Shown here: positions 40,475 through 49,318 of the stretch, in pieces | Layout of the letters: the number at the start of each line of letters is the position of its first letter | How positions within the stretch are numbered: position 1 is the stretch's first letter | IMG/VR virus record: IMGVR_UViG_3300020048_006428 | Span: 55,178 to 119,177 of that record | Origin: a virus | Taxonomy: Duplodnaviria; Heunggongvirae; Uroviricota; Caudoviricetes | DNA: 64,000 nucleotides | Reading direction: 5' to 3' (one strand) | Made by a program: the position numbers and the translations under genes | Notes under the pieces: generated by a model | Seen by the model: only the letters and a program-made list of their open reading frames with translations | Database searches by the model: none | What the model was told of the DNA's origin: nothing

Positions 40475-41419
40475 TCAACTATACTCATAGTTTTCGAATT
40501 TCTTACTATTTAATCTTCCTTTGATTGTTGTTTGGTGAATTCCTAATATATCAGATGCTTCTTTAAGTGTTCTATATTCTACACCATCTATCTTGAATGG
40601 TTTATTGTGTTTACACTTTTTACCTATTTGTGGCTTTGATAACCTTTCAGATTGTTCATCTTCCGAATAAGAAATTTTAATTTCATTCTTATATGAATAT
40701 TTTTTGTATTTTGGATTTTTACTCAATATTCTCCATCTTATTGTTGTAATCGGAATGCCAAGTTCTTTATTAGCTTTACCCAAAGATTCATATTCTACAC
40801 CATCTATTAAAATGGGAATATTTTGTTCACCAAAGTATTTACCATTTCTAACTTCTGATAAGTGTTTTTTTGTCACTATTGTGTGACTTTTACCAAAAAA
40901 TGGATTTTTGTTACCACTTCGGTCTCTGCATTTTGAACAAGTTTTAGCTGTATTATCTTTTATTTCACCACATTCACAATATGATTTAGAAACACCACCT
41001 TTCCAATTAGGATTTTGTTCTAAAGGCTTTGAATATTTTTCCTTTTTTTCCAAATCAGACATATTTTGGTATTTATTAATTAAAGATATGCGCATTTTTT
41101 CAATTATATGTTGTCTATTTGGATTATTAGAAATATTATCACCACCAGAAGAAGATATACCTATATTATATTTAGGTTTTAAATCCAAATATTTTTGCTC
41201 AAATTGTTTAAGATGTTCAACATCACAAATTTCAACAATTTCAAAAATAAAATTATCTTCCCCATATTTTTGCCAAGCTCTTGTTAATATTATATTTATG
41301 TGTTTGTTATTTCTTAAATCATTTTTATGTCTGGTCCATCTTTTTTCAATATTTTTGGATGATCCATAATAACAATCATTTGTAATTAAATTTCTTATTC
41401 TATAAATTCCTGACTTCAT
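40475..41419 (-). CDS. GIY-YIG homing endonuclease with NUMOD3-like repeats
   Basis: SGIYRI...YYGSS....R...H, EQKY, YN; NPFFGKSHT; IDGVEY..L..A repeats. Confidence 0.9.
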   Translation of the reverse strand: MKSGIYRIRNLITNDCYYGSSKNIEKRWTRHKNDLRNNKHINIILTRAWQKYGEDNFIFEIVEICDVEHLKQFEQKYLDLKPKYNIGISSSGGDNISNNPNRQHIIEKMRISLINKYQNMSDLEKKEKYSKPLEQNPNWKGGVSKSYCECGEIKDNTAKTCSKCRDRSGNKNPFFGKSHTIVTKKHLSEVRNGKYFGEQNIPILIDGVEYESLGKANKELGIPITTIRWRILSKNPKYKKYSYKNEIKISYSEDEQSERLSKPQIGKKCKHNKPFKIDGVEYRTLKEASDILGIHQTTIKGRLNSKKFENYEYS

Positions 41420-41478
41420 AATTTATATATTAAAATATAGGTATTCCCTTTAATATTTCTTTTTACTAAAAGTCTGGA

Positions 41479-42627
41479 CTAATTTGATAATTCCCCTTTT
41501 ATAGCAGGTCCGGACTTATATCCAACTAATTTTATATCATCATATTCAATATCAAAAATAGATTTATTACTAATTTGTATAGTTGGTAGTTTAAATGTAG
41601 GTAAATTAATTTGAAGCTTTGCTTGTTCTATGTGATTTAGATATATATGCGCATCACCAATTGTAACTATCAAATCGTCCGCAATCATATTTACTTCTTT
41701 TGCCAAGAGATGAAGTAAGGTCGAATATGATGTGCAATTAAAAGGACACCCTAAAAAGACATCATTTGATCTGATATTGACTTTCAAACTAATTTTTCTT
41801 TTTGGAAAATTCAATTTATCTAATTTTTCCCATGTCATATCATCACCATATGAAATATTCTTACTTAAACTTTCACACCATTCTTTTATTCTTTCTTCTT
41901 CTGTCATTTCATAAGTGTAACATTGGAAAAAGTTATGGCACGGCCTCAATACCATGTTTTTCAAATCAGCCACATTCCATGCTGAAACAATTAATCCTCT
42001 ATCATCTGGATTTATTTTAAGGTCATTGATTAGATTTTGAATCTGATCAATTGGTTTTCTTCTTAAGATATCGGATTCTTCTAATATTAGTGTCTTTGAA
42101 GAAAAGTGTTGTCCTATTTCTTCGTAGTTTTCCCAATTGCGCCATTGTTGCCCATACACAGGACCGAGTTCACCCCATTTTTCAGCAAATTCATTATCTG
42201 TTTTAATTTTGTTGATAAATTCTTCTTTAGATAATCTTTCAAGAATCGGATATCCACTTTGTTTGTCTGTTTTATTAATCCAAGTCATACATTTCTTCAT
42301 AGGATCTGAATCTGAACCAATTATATGTTGTTTTGGTGTATTTTTTTCATATGCTTTATAGGCATCACCATCCCAAATATGAACACCATTATCAATTAAA
42401 TATTTTATATTTGTTTGTCCACGAAGAAACCAAATTAATTCATGAACTACACCTTTGAAAAATACTTTTTTTGAAGTTAGTATTGGGAATCCTTCTTTCA
42501 TATTAAATCTCATAGTATAATCAAAAACTGAAATTGTTCCAGTTCCGGTTCTATCTTTTTTTACTCTACCATTTGTTAGAATATGTTTTAGTAATTCTTT
42601 ATATTGTTTGTCTACTGAATTATCCAT
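41479..42627 (-). CDS. thyA: Thymidylate synthase
   Basis: DRTGTGT, ELIWFLRG, LGPVYG.QWR, SAWN, LRPCH, RSND.FLG.PFN, GDAHIY.NH. Confidence 0.95.
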   Translation of the reverse strand: MDNSVDKQYKELLKHILTNGRVKKDRTGTGTISVFDYTMRFNMKEGFPILTSKKVFFKGVVHELIWFLRGQTNIKYLIDNGVHIWDGDAYKAYEKNTPKQHIIGSDSDPMKKCMTWINKTDKQSGYPILERLSKEEFINKIKTDNEFAEKWGELGPVYGQQWRNWENYEEIGQHFSSKTLILEESDILRRKPIDQIQNLINDLKINPDDRGLIVSAWNVADLKNMVLRPCHNFFQCYTYEMTEEERIKEWCESLSKNISYGDDMTWEKLDKLNFPKRKISLKVNIRSNDVFLGCPFNCTSYSTLLHLLAKEVNMIADDLIVTIGDAHIYLNHIEQAKLQINLPTFKLPTIQISNKSIFDIEYDDIKLVGYKSGPAIKGELSN

Positions 42628-42679
42628 AAATTAAAAAACTTTTATTATTTTATGATAAAAATAATAAAAGTTTTTTAAT

Positions 42680-43447
42680 TTAATAATTATATGCTGACTT
42701 TACTTGTGTATATTTGTTGATTGCCCCTATTTTATGGTTAGATGTTGCAATATGATTGTTTATTTTATTTATATCACCATCTTTATAGTTTTCCATAATA
42801 CTATCACTTCTTTGATTTAGTGTTGTGTCAATTGCTTCTGGGTTATGATATAAATGATAGCCAGTATAATCCATTTGTTTATAATTTAAAATATTTGATA
42901 TTTTCATATCTTGGAATTTATTTTCATAACCAAATCCAATGAAATCTTCGTTCCAACCTGCGATTCTAAATAAGGCATCCTTTTTGAATATCGTTAAACC
43001 ATTTGTCATAAATGGTTTTGTTGCTATTCTTTTAAGATTTAAGATTGAATTTATATCTGCTGTACTTTCTTGTTGTGTTAGGTTTATTATATTAGAAGTC
43101 GGTATAACACAATCATAATTTTCCAATTCTTTCAATGATTCTATTAGTTCATTTGGATTCATTATAAAATCTGCATCAGCACATATTATTGTTGGCGAAG
43201 AAGCTCTTTTTATGGCTACATTAAAAGCCCAAGATTTATTAAATGGTAAATCACTTTCTATGAATATATGAGTAGCTTTTAGATTAAGATTAGATATTTT
43301 TGAATATTTATCCTGCTCAACTATAATAATTTCAATGCCTTGAAATCCTGCTAATAAATCAATTACTCTTCTTAATGGTAATATTCTATCACTTCTGAAT
43401 CTAAATGGTATTATATAGGTAAATTTTGGTATATATGTATTGTTCAT
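42680..43447 (-). CDS. Glycosyltransferase (GT-A fold, GT2/GT7-like)
   Basis: IIPFR, IIVEQ, FNKS..FN, DAD, GWNEDF.G.G.E, H..H. Confidence 0.8.
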   Translation of the reverse strand: MNNTYIPKFTYIIPFRFRSDRILPLRRVIDLLAGFQGIEIIIVEQDKYSKISNLNLKATHIFIESDLPFNKSWAFNVAIKRASSPTIICADADFIMNPNELIESLKELENYDCVIPTSNIINLTQQESTADINSILNLKRIATKPFMTNGLTIFKKDALFRIAGWNEDFIGFGYENKFQDMKISNILNYKQMDYTGYHLYHNPEAIDTTLNQRSDSIMENYKDGDINKINNHIATSNHKIGAINKYTQVKSAYNY

Positions 43448-43484
43448 ATTTTTTTATTTTTATATAAAAAATAATTAAAAATGT

Positions 43485-43515
43485 TTTGAAATATGGAATA
43501 TTATTTATATATTTG
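43485..43515 (+). promoter_or_regulatory. Bacteroidota primary-sigma promoter TTTG-N19-TATATTTG
   Basis: Matches the -33/-7 consensus TTTG-N19-21-TAnnTTTG; ATG follows 5 nt later. Confidence 0.7.
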
Positions 43516-43520
43516 CGCTT

Positions 43521-44012
43521 ATGGATAAAATAGAAGAATATAATAAGGCAGAAGAACAGATAAAATTATTAGAAGAAAAACAAAATAGTATTTTAAAGCT
43601 ATTTAAATATTCTATGATTTTTGAGTCTTGGATGATGTACCGAGATGAAATTGATTTTTTTCTTGGTGATGGGTTTTCCAAAGGATATACACATGAAAGT
43701 TATTTGCTTAAGTCAGATGAACATTTAGTTTTGAGTTATTATGATGACTATGATTATAGTCGTGATAAACTATATACTGATAATTTATTTGATGCTGTTA
43801 TGTTTATAAAGGATCAGAAAATTAGTGTAAGATATATATATGTTAATAACAGAACAATTAAAACTGATAAATCAAGGGCTATTTTTTCCTTTATAAGGAA
43901 GAATTATGATATTTTGATTAACCATCCATATAAAGAAAAGATAGAAGAGTTGTTGATAAGTGGTGATGTTATGCTTGCAAAGGAATTAATAAAAAGTATC
44001 ACCAATTGGTGA
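43521..44012 (+). CDS. Hypothetical early protein
   Basis: Directly behind a host-type promoter. Confidence 0.65.
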   Translation: MDKIEEYNKAEEQIKLLEEKQNSILKLFKYSMIFESWMMYRDEIDFFLGDGFSKGYTHESYLLKSDEHLVLSYYDDYDYSRDKLYTDNLFDAVMFIKDQKISVRYIYVNNRTIKTDKSRAIFSFIRKNYDILINHPYKEKIEELLISGDVMLAKELIKSITNW

Positions 44013-44023
44013 TACTTTTTATT

Positions 44024-44224
44024 TTAGCTATATAGAATTCCTGGATTTTTATATCCTTTTTGTTCTACTATTTCCAGTAATTGGTTTGGGCTTAGATTGG
44101 ATTTATCCCAACCTTTTTTACTTGAATAATTTTCAATAAATTTCTCTCTTAGTAAATTAAGATCATTTTTATTGATGTTGTTGGTGCTTGTTAGTAAATC
44201 ACCTTCAATTTTAGGTTTTTCCAT
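44024..44224 (-). CDS. Hypothetical protein
   Basis: 66-aa ORF with a plausible start context. Confidence 0.55.
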   Translation of the reverse strand: MEKPKIEGDLLTSTNNINKNDLNLLREKFIENYSSKKGWDKSNLSPNQLLEIVEQKGYKNPGILYS

Positions 44225-44266
44225 AATTTTTTTCTTTTATATATTATATATATATGTGTCTTTTAT

Positions 44267-44725
44267 TTATAATTGATAATATAACTTAATACTTTTTATT
44301 ACTGTTTCTGCTAAGTCATCAAAGTTAGAATCACATAGAAAATAAATTGGGTCTGGTTCATCTTTATCAAGAATCAAAATGAGAACCGCATAATAATGGT
44401 CTTCAAGTGGTAATATTTCAATCTTATCTATTATCACTAATGGTTTTTGTGAATAAGAATATGAATTTTGTATATTATACATGTTTTTATAATAATAATT
44501 TGGTTCTATTTTAGCTTCTTTATTAAGGACAAAAGCATTGTATATTTCTTCTAATTTTTCTTCAATATCATATTTACTTATAAAGTTTTTTTCTAAATAT
44601 GTATTACTACCATTTGCTCTTACTTTATATAAATGGTCATCAAATTCTTCCCAAGTTAATTCTCTACAACTTTCTTCATTGTTGTTTTCAAAAAACTTTT
44701 TTATTTTAAAATTTTTATTTGTCAT
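44267..44725 (-). CDS. Hypothetical protein with KIKKFFEN N-terminal motif and C-terminal D.YY...YF.CD block
   Basis: C-terminus resembles ORF 45325. Confidence 0.65.
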   Translation of the reverse strand: MTNKNFKIKKFFENNNEESCRELTWEEFDDHLYKVRANGSNTYLEKNFISKYDIEEKLEEIYNAFVLNKEAKIEPNYYYKNMYNIQNSYSYSQKPLVIIDKIEILPLEDHYYAVLILILDKDEPDPIYFLCDSNFDDLAETVIKSIKLYYQL

Positions 44726-44778
44726 ATATTCTTTTTATATTTGTAATTATATATTAAAAACTAAAAATAGAAAATCTT

Positions 44779-45294
44779 ATGGTTATCAAATTAAAAGGAA
44801 AAATAGAATTTTCGCCAGAAGATGTTACTAAAAAACATAAAACCCAATCTTCTTGGAAAAGAGTTGCAATGATTAGAACAGATTGTGACTTGGATAAATA
44901 TTATGCTTGGTTTATAAAAAAACGCTTTAATCTTGAATTGAATAAGAATCTTAGAGGTGCGCATATAACTTTTATATCTGATAGATTAGATGAGAAGATA
45001 TTTGATGATGCTTCAAATATTTTTAATGGTAAAGATATTGATTTTTTTATTGATATAGAACCAAGAACTGATGGTTTACACTGGTGGTTAAGGGCTTATA
45101 GTAATGAAGCTGAGAATATAAGGGAAGTTATGGGTTTATCAAGAGAACCATATTTTGATTTTCACTTAACAATTGGTCACGCAAATGAAAAAAATATTGA
45201 ACATTCTAAATATATTTTGGAAGTTTGTAAGAAATTTGAAATAATTTCATCAGAAAAAAGAAAGCCTTTAGATCAACATATAATTTATGAATAA
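44779..45294 (+). CDS. 2H phosphoesterase superfamily protein
   Basis: Two HxT motifs: GAHITF and FHLTIG. Confidence 0.7.
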   Translation: MVIKLKGKIEFSPEDVTKKHKTQSSWKRVAMIRTDCDLDKYYAWFIKKRFNLELNKNLRGAHITFISDRLDEKIFDDASNIFNGKDIDFFIDIEPRTDGLHWWLRAYSNEAENIREVMGLSREPYFDFHLTIGHANEKNIEHSKYILEVCKKFEIISSEKRKPLDQHIIYE

Positions 45295-45326
45295 AAAAAC
45301 CCTGAAAATAAATTCAGGGTTTTTTT
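45292..45326. terminator. Bidirectional intrinsic terminator
   Basis: aaaaaaaccctgaa-aataaa-ttcagggtttttt. Confidence 0.8.
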
Positions 45327-45768
45327 ATAAAATCATATTTACAATATAATATTTTAAGCATTCTTTAAGTCCTTCAATTTGATCGCATTTATAAAAGTCT
45401 GAAAATCTGCCTTTATAACAGAAATCAATAAAATACCAATAGTCTGTATTTTTTGTTATTGTAATAAAATAGCTAACATCATCTCTTACATCTATTAATA
45501 TTTCTTTATTATCTATTTCTATTTTAAAGCAATCAAAATATAATTTAAAAATATCATTAATTTCTTTTAAATCGATTTTATTTAAATCCTCTCTGTTTTT
45601 ATCAACGTGGTTAACTATATCAATATCCATTTTATTATTATAAACCATATAATAATCTATAGTAGTATCATTTGAACCATATAAATATTCAATATATTCT
45701 GTATAATTTATTTTATTATAGGATTCAGATTTATTCTCAAATAATCTGTAATTTTTTAAATGTTTCAT
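45325..45768 (-). CDS. Hypothetical protein with MKHLKNYRLFEN N-terminus and YKCDQ.EGL C-terminus
   Basis: Shared N-terminal motif. Confidence 0.65.
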   Translation of the reverse strand: MKHLKNYRLFENKSESYNKINYTEYIEYLYGSNDTTIDYYMVYNNKMDIDIVNHVDKNREDLNKIDLKEINDIFKLYFDCFKIEIDNKEILIDVRDDVSYFITITKNTDYWYFIDFCYKGRFSDFYKCDQIEGLKECLKYYIVNMIL

Positions 45769-45792
45769 ATAGTATATATAAAAAATGTAAAT

Positions 45793-45824
45793 AAAAAAAT
45801 TCCCCTTTTAAGGGGAATTTTTTT
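45793..45824. terminator. Intrinsic terminator
   Basis: aaaaaaattcccct-ttta-aggggaattttttt. Confidence 0.8.
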
Positions 45825-46395
45825 ATTTACATTCAATTCTTAATTTATCATATTTCATAAGAAGTTTAAACATTTTGTCATATTGTGTATCAAGATTGTT
45901 TACTGGTAGTTCATTCCATTTATTGTTATTAAAATACTCTATTATCATTCCATTTTTTAATTCTTCTTTCTTTCTTGGGAAGAAGAATTTCTTATTTTCT
46001 AAGAAAGAAAATGAAACCCCATTATATAAATATGTTCTGTTTTTATGCTCTGAATTATAAACTAATAAACTTAGTGATTTCTCATTACCATCCTTAGTTA
46101 TTTTAGTGGCTTCTTTATCACCATTATACTTTACAATTACTGAATCTTGATTAAATTTATCAATTAGATAAATTGCATCAAATCTTAATGAGTTATTATC
46201 ATATGATGTGATTGCTATGAATGATTTTTCATATTTGTTATTATAAAAACCTGTCACATTAATAATTGTGTAATCTTTAGAATAAAGAATACTGCAAACT
46301 CTTTCACAGTTTATTTTATTTTCTAAATCACTATTATCTGATTTTTCAGGTGAAATTATCATATATGATATATTTGGATCTTGTAAGTTGAACAT
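45823..46395 (-). CDS. Hypothetical protein
   Basis: Intact ORF (IISPE...G.Y...EKSF...F.QDSV). Confidence 0.65.
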   Translation of the reverse strand: MFNLQDPNISYMIISPEKSDNSDLENKINCERVCSILYSKDYTIINVTGFYNNKYEKSFIAITSYDNNSLRFDAIYLIDKFNQDSVIVKYNGDKEATKITKDGNEKSLSLLVYNSEHKNRTYLYNGVSFSFLENKKFFFPRKKEELKNGMIIEYFNNNKWNELPVNNLDTQYDKMFKLLMKYDKLRIECK

Positions 46396-46411
46396 ATCCT
46401 ATATATTAATA

Positions 46412-47626
46412 TTATAAAATTTGAAATTCCTTTTTTAGATTATTGTTGAATATTTTTTCAACAATTTCTTTATGTTCTTGACTACATATTATACTATCGT
46501 GTATAGTTATTAAACGAACATCTGGTGCAACATACATTATTTCTTTTATTATCTTATTGAAAATTAAATTGGATTCTAAATTTTGTAATTCGTGTGCTAA
46601 TACTTTATAATCATTATGTATTTTTTTAAAAGTCTTTATAAGATTGTAAATAGTAGGAAATAATCTGAAAAACATTGTGTCTGCTTTACTTTTAAAATTC
46701 TTTCCAAAAAATACTTTATATATAGCATCCTTTACTAATTTTCTATCTGTATAATCTGAATTATCAATTATATACTGGTAAAACAATCCATTGTATGTTA
46801 AATATTTATATAATTCAAATTCATTTTTATCAACTAATATTCTACCATTTTGGATTAATTTACAAAGAAATAAAGGTTGGCTATTTTTTATATCAAATTC
46901 AATTGTATCAAATCCATCAATTGAAAGGCAGTTTTTTCTTATAAATGATTTTAATATTGTGTAGTTGGTATGCATTCTACCATAACTATCAAAATGATAG
47001 AATATTTGTTTATCATTTATACATTCAACACTATATTTGTTTTTATTATAAATATCAAAGTCTTGCTGGATTGCATCTAAGAAGAATATAGCTTTTTCAA
47101 AATGTATTTTTATATGGAATAAATCATCAACTAATTTCTTCTTAACATCTTGTGGTATTTTATTTGACTCTATATTTTCTTTTTCAATTAGTATAATAGC
47201 AGATCTATATTTCTTCAATAATACTTTATCACTATTTTTATATCTTATAATATCACCTTTTATAATTGATTCGGGTAGTTTATAAATTTTTGTATGTTTA
47301 CCTTTTAGATAATTTCTAAATAATATTATATGATTATTTTCTATTAAATAATCCATATAATAATTATAATTATGTCCATATTTTTCTTTTAATATTAAAG
47401 AAGAAAGGTTGAACATATTATCTTTTTTAAAGTAATATTTTAATATTAGATTATGTATTATATCTATAAGATATGATACTTTTATTTTCTTACCCTTGTA
47501 GTTTAGTGTTTTTAATGTTGATATATTTTCTAATTGAATTGGTAGGAATTGTATGCTATATTTTTTATCAGCTACATTTTTTGTTAGTTTACTTGCTTTT
47601 GGTTTATATTCTTTAATATCTATCAT
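46412..47626 (-). CDS. Minimal family-A polymerase-like protein
   Basis: GRMHT, motif A EFDIKNSQP, motif B R..VK...Y..FFG, LQ..ES, motif C TIHDSI; no exonuclease domains. Confidence 0.6.
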   Translation of the reverse strand: MIDIKEYKPKASKLTKNVADKKYSIQFLPIQLENISTLKTLNYKGKKIKVSYLIDIIHNLILKYYFKKDNMFNLSSLILKEKYGHNYNYYMDYLIENNHIILFRNYLKGKHTKIYKLPESIIKGDIIRYKNSDKVLLKKYRSAIILIEKENIESNKIPQDVKKKLVDDLFHIKIHFEKAIFFLDAIQQDFDIYNKNKYSVECINDKQIFYHFDSYGRMHTNYTILKSFIRKNCLSIDGFDTIEFDIKNSQPLFLCKLIQNGRILVDKNEFELYKYLTYNGLFYQYIIDNSDYTDRKLVKDAIYKVFFGKNFKSKADTMFFRLFPTIYNLIKTFKKIHNDYKVLAHELQNLESNLIFNKIIKEIMYVAPDVRLITIHDSIICSQEHKEIVEKIFNNNLKKEFQIL

Positions 47627-47670
47627 AACAATTATAAATTTTTATATAGATATGTTTTTAATATTAAGTA

Positions 47671-47707
47671 AAAAAACAGATGATATTTTGTATCATCTGT
47701 TTTTTAT
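47671..47707. terminator. Intrinsic terminator
   Basis: aaaaaaacagatgata-ttttg-tatcatctgttttttt. Confidence 0.8.
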
Positions 47708-47908
47708 TTAAGGTCGCCATTCTAATGATTTATTACTCAATTCTTTTGCTTTTTGCATATCACTATTATGTTCTAATAACTTTTCTATTATGTTATCTAC
47801 TAAATCTTTATTATCTTTATATCTATCATAATCAACTGATGTTGTTTCTTTCCAACCTTTGTTATTAGTTAATGTAATTCTTATTTGTAGTCTTTCTTGT
47901 TTTTCCAT
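47708..47908 (-). CDS. Hypothetical protein
   Basis: 66-aa ORF downstream of the ligase-like gene. Confidence 0.55.
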   Translation of the reverse strand: MEKQERLQIRITLTNNKGWKETTSVDYDRYKDNKDLVDNIIEKLLEHNSDMQKAKELSNKSLEWRP

Positions 47909-47916
47909 TTTATAAT

Positions 47917-49233
47917 TTATTTTTTATTATACATATTTTTTGTGTCTATAATACCTTTATCTTTTTTCTTTTTATCGTCACCTTTTCCATTTTCTAATTC
48001 AGTATAAACATCTGGATAAACTTGACCTTCTGCATCTGTATTGAATTTTATATCAAAAAAATCACCAAAATCCAAAAGACCACTTCTTGTTAACTCTAAT
48101 TCGCTTTTTTTCTTTAATGACATATCAATTTTACTTTGAATAGCATCAACGAAATTATTGAATATAATTATAGTACTATCTGTGAATATACCAATTGGTT
48201 TCTTTCTTTTTTTATTAAAAGAACCTAATATAGCTTTGAATATATATTCAAACTTTTTATTCTGTTCAATATATTCTTTTGTTAAATTGTTTGGTATTAG
48301 CTCAACATTTATTCTAAATTTATCTTTATCAAAAAATTCAGGAACACTAAATTCAAAATTTAATAAATCGTCTTTTACTTCTGCTAAATACATATTAAAT
48401 AATTTACATATTATATTAATATACATTTCATCTCTTTTATTGCCTTTTGCTTTTAATTCGTTTATATTTATTATTTGACAGAAATTTAAAAAATTAACCA
48501 ATATTAAAGAATATATTTCAACGAAATCAGTTGAATTCATATCAGATATTCTTCTATATAAAGGATTTAATATTTCAAATGATATATCTTGTCCAACAAC
48601 TCTTATAATCATTTTTTCAGTATTTTTCTGAAAATCTTCATCCATTAAAAACGAATTTTTAGTTTGTGGACTTAATAGTTTATAAAAGAAGTAAGAAAAG
48701 GATTTTTCACCAAAAACAAATTCTAAATCCTTTTCAGATGTATTTAAAAAATATTTTATAGCTTCTTTAGACTTTTCATTTAATTTACCACTAAATATAA
48801 CCGGAACTGAATCAACACCTATTAATCTAGCGTATTCTTCAAGTTCTTCTATATTATACTCAAATTTGCCATTCTTTGCTATGCAGGTAAGCACCAAATT
48901 ATTTTTTGGTATTCTGTTATATTCTATATTCGCTGGTTGATTATCGGGGAAATATTCAAATCCAAACCACCATTTTTTATTTAAAAGACTTTTTATTCTA
49001 TCATCTAAAGAATTTAAATAATCAATCGCTATATTATAATAGTTTTGCATAGCCAAATCAATAAGATTTATATCTTCATATGATAATGACTTTGGTTTAA
49101 TTGAAAATGATTCACCATTCCAATTGACATATATTTTACTGCCTTGTATGTCTTCATATACAGTTATTTCGCTATTAAATATATCTAATAGTTTTTCATC
49201 TGATATTTCATCTAATCTTATTAATTTTGCCAT
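47917..49233 (-). CDS. RNA-ligase (Rnl2)-like fold protein, apparently degenerate
   Basis: VYEDIQGS in place of EKxDGxN; FEYF; VPVIFSG; EKMIIR in place of EGxVxR. Confidence 0.45.
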   Translation of the reverse strand: MAKLIRLDEISDEKLLDIFNSEITVYEDIQGSKIYVNWNGESFSIKPKSLSYEDINLIDLAMQNYYNIAIDYLNSLDDRIKSLLNKKWWFGFEYFPDNQPANIEYNRIPKNNLVLTCIAKNGKFEYNIEELEEYARLIGVDSVPVIFSGKLNEKSKEAIKYFLNTSEKDLEFVFGEKSFSYFFYKLLSPQTKNSFLMDEDFQKNTEKMIIRVVGQDISFEILNPLYRRISDMNSTDFVEIYSLILVNFLNFCQIININELKAKGNKRDEMYINIICKLFNMYLAEVKDDLLNFEFSVPEFFDKDKFRINVELIPNNLTKEYIEQNKKFEYIFKAILGSFNKKRKKPIGIFTDSTIIIFNNFVDAIQSKIDMSLKKKSELELTRSGLLDFGDFFDIKFNTDAEGQVYPDVYTELENGKGDDKKKKDKGIIDTKNMYNKK

Positions 49234-49318
49234 ATTTTATTATATTATAAAATTACTTTTTGTTTTTAATATTATTTATTTAATATATATAAATAAATAG
49301 ATTTACAAATTTAAATAA

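Noticed and set aside
40475-41478. GIY-YIG gene as part of a group I intron in thyA (T4 td-like)
   Set aside because: thyA is uninterrupted and ends before the nuclease gene, which is free-standing with its own upstream motif.
41479-42627. ThyA homolog as a dCMP hydroxymethylase feeding DNA glycosylation
   Set aside because: It retains canonical ThyA motifs, including the Asn in PFN that specifies dUMP.
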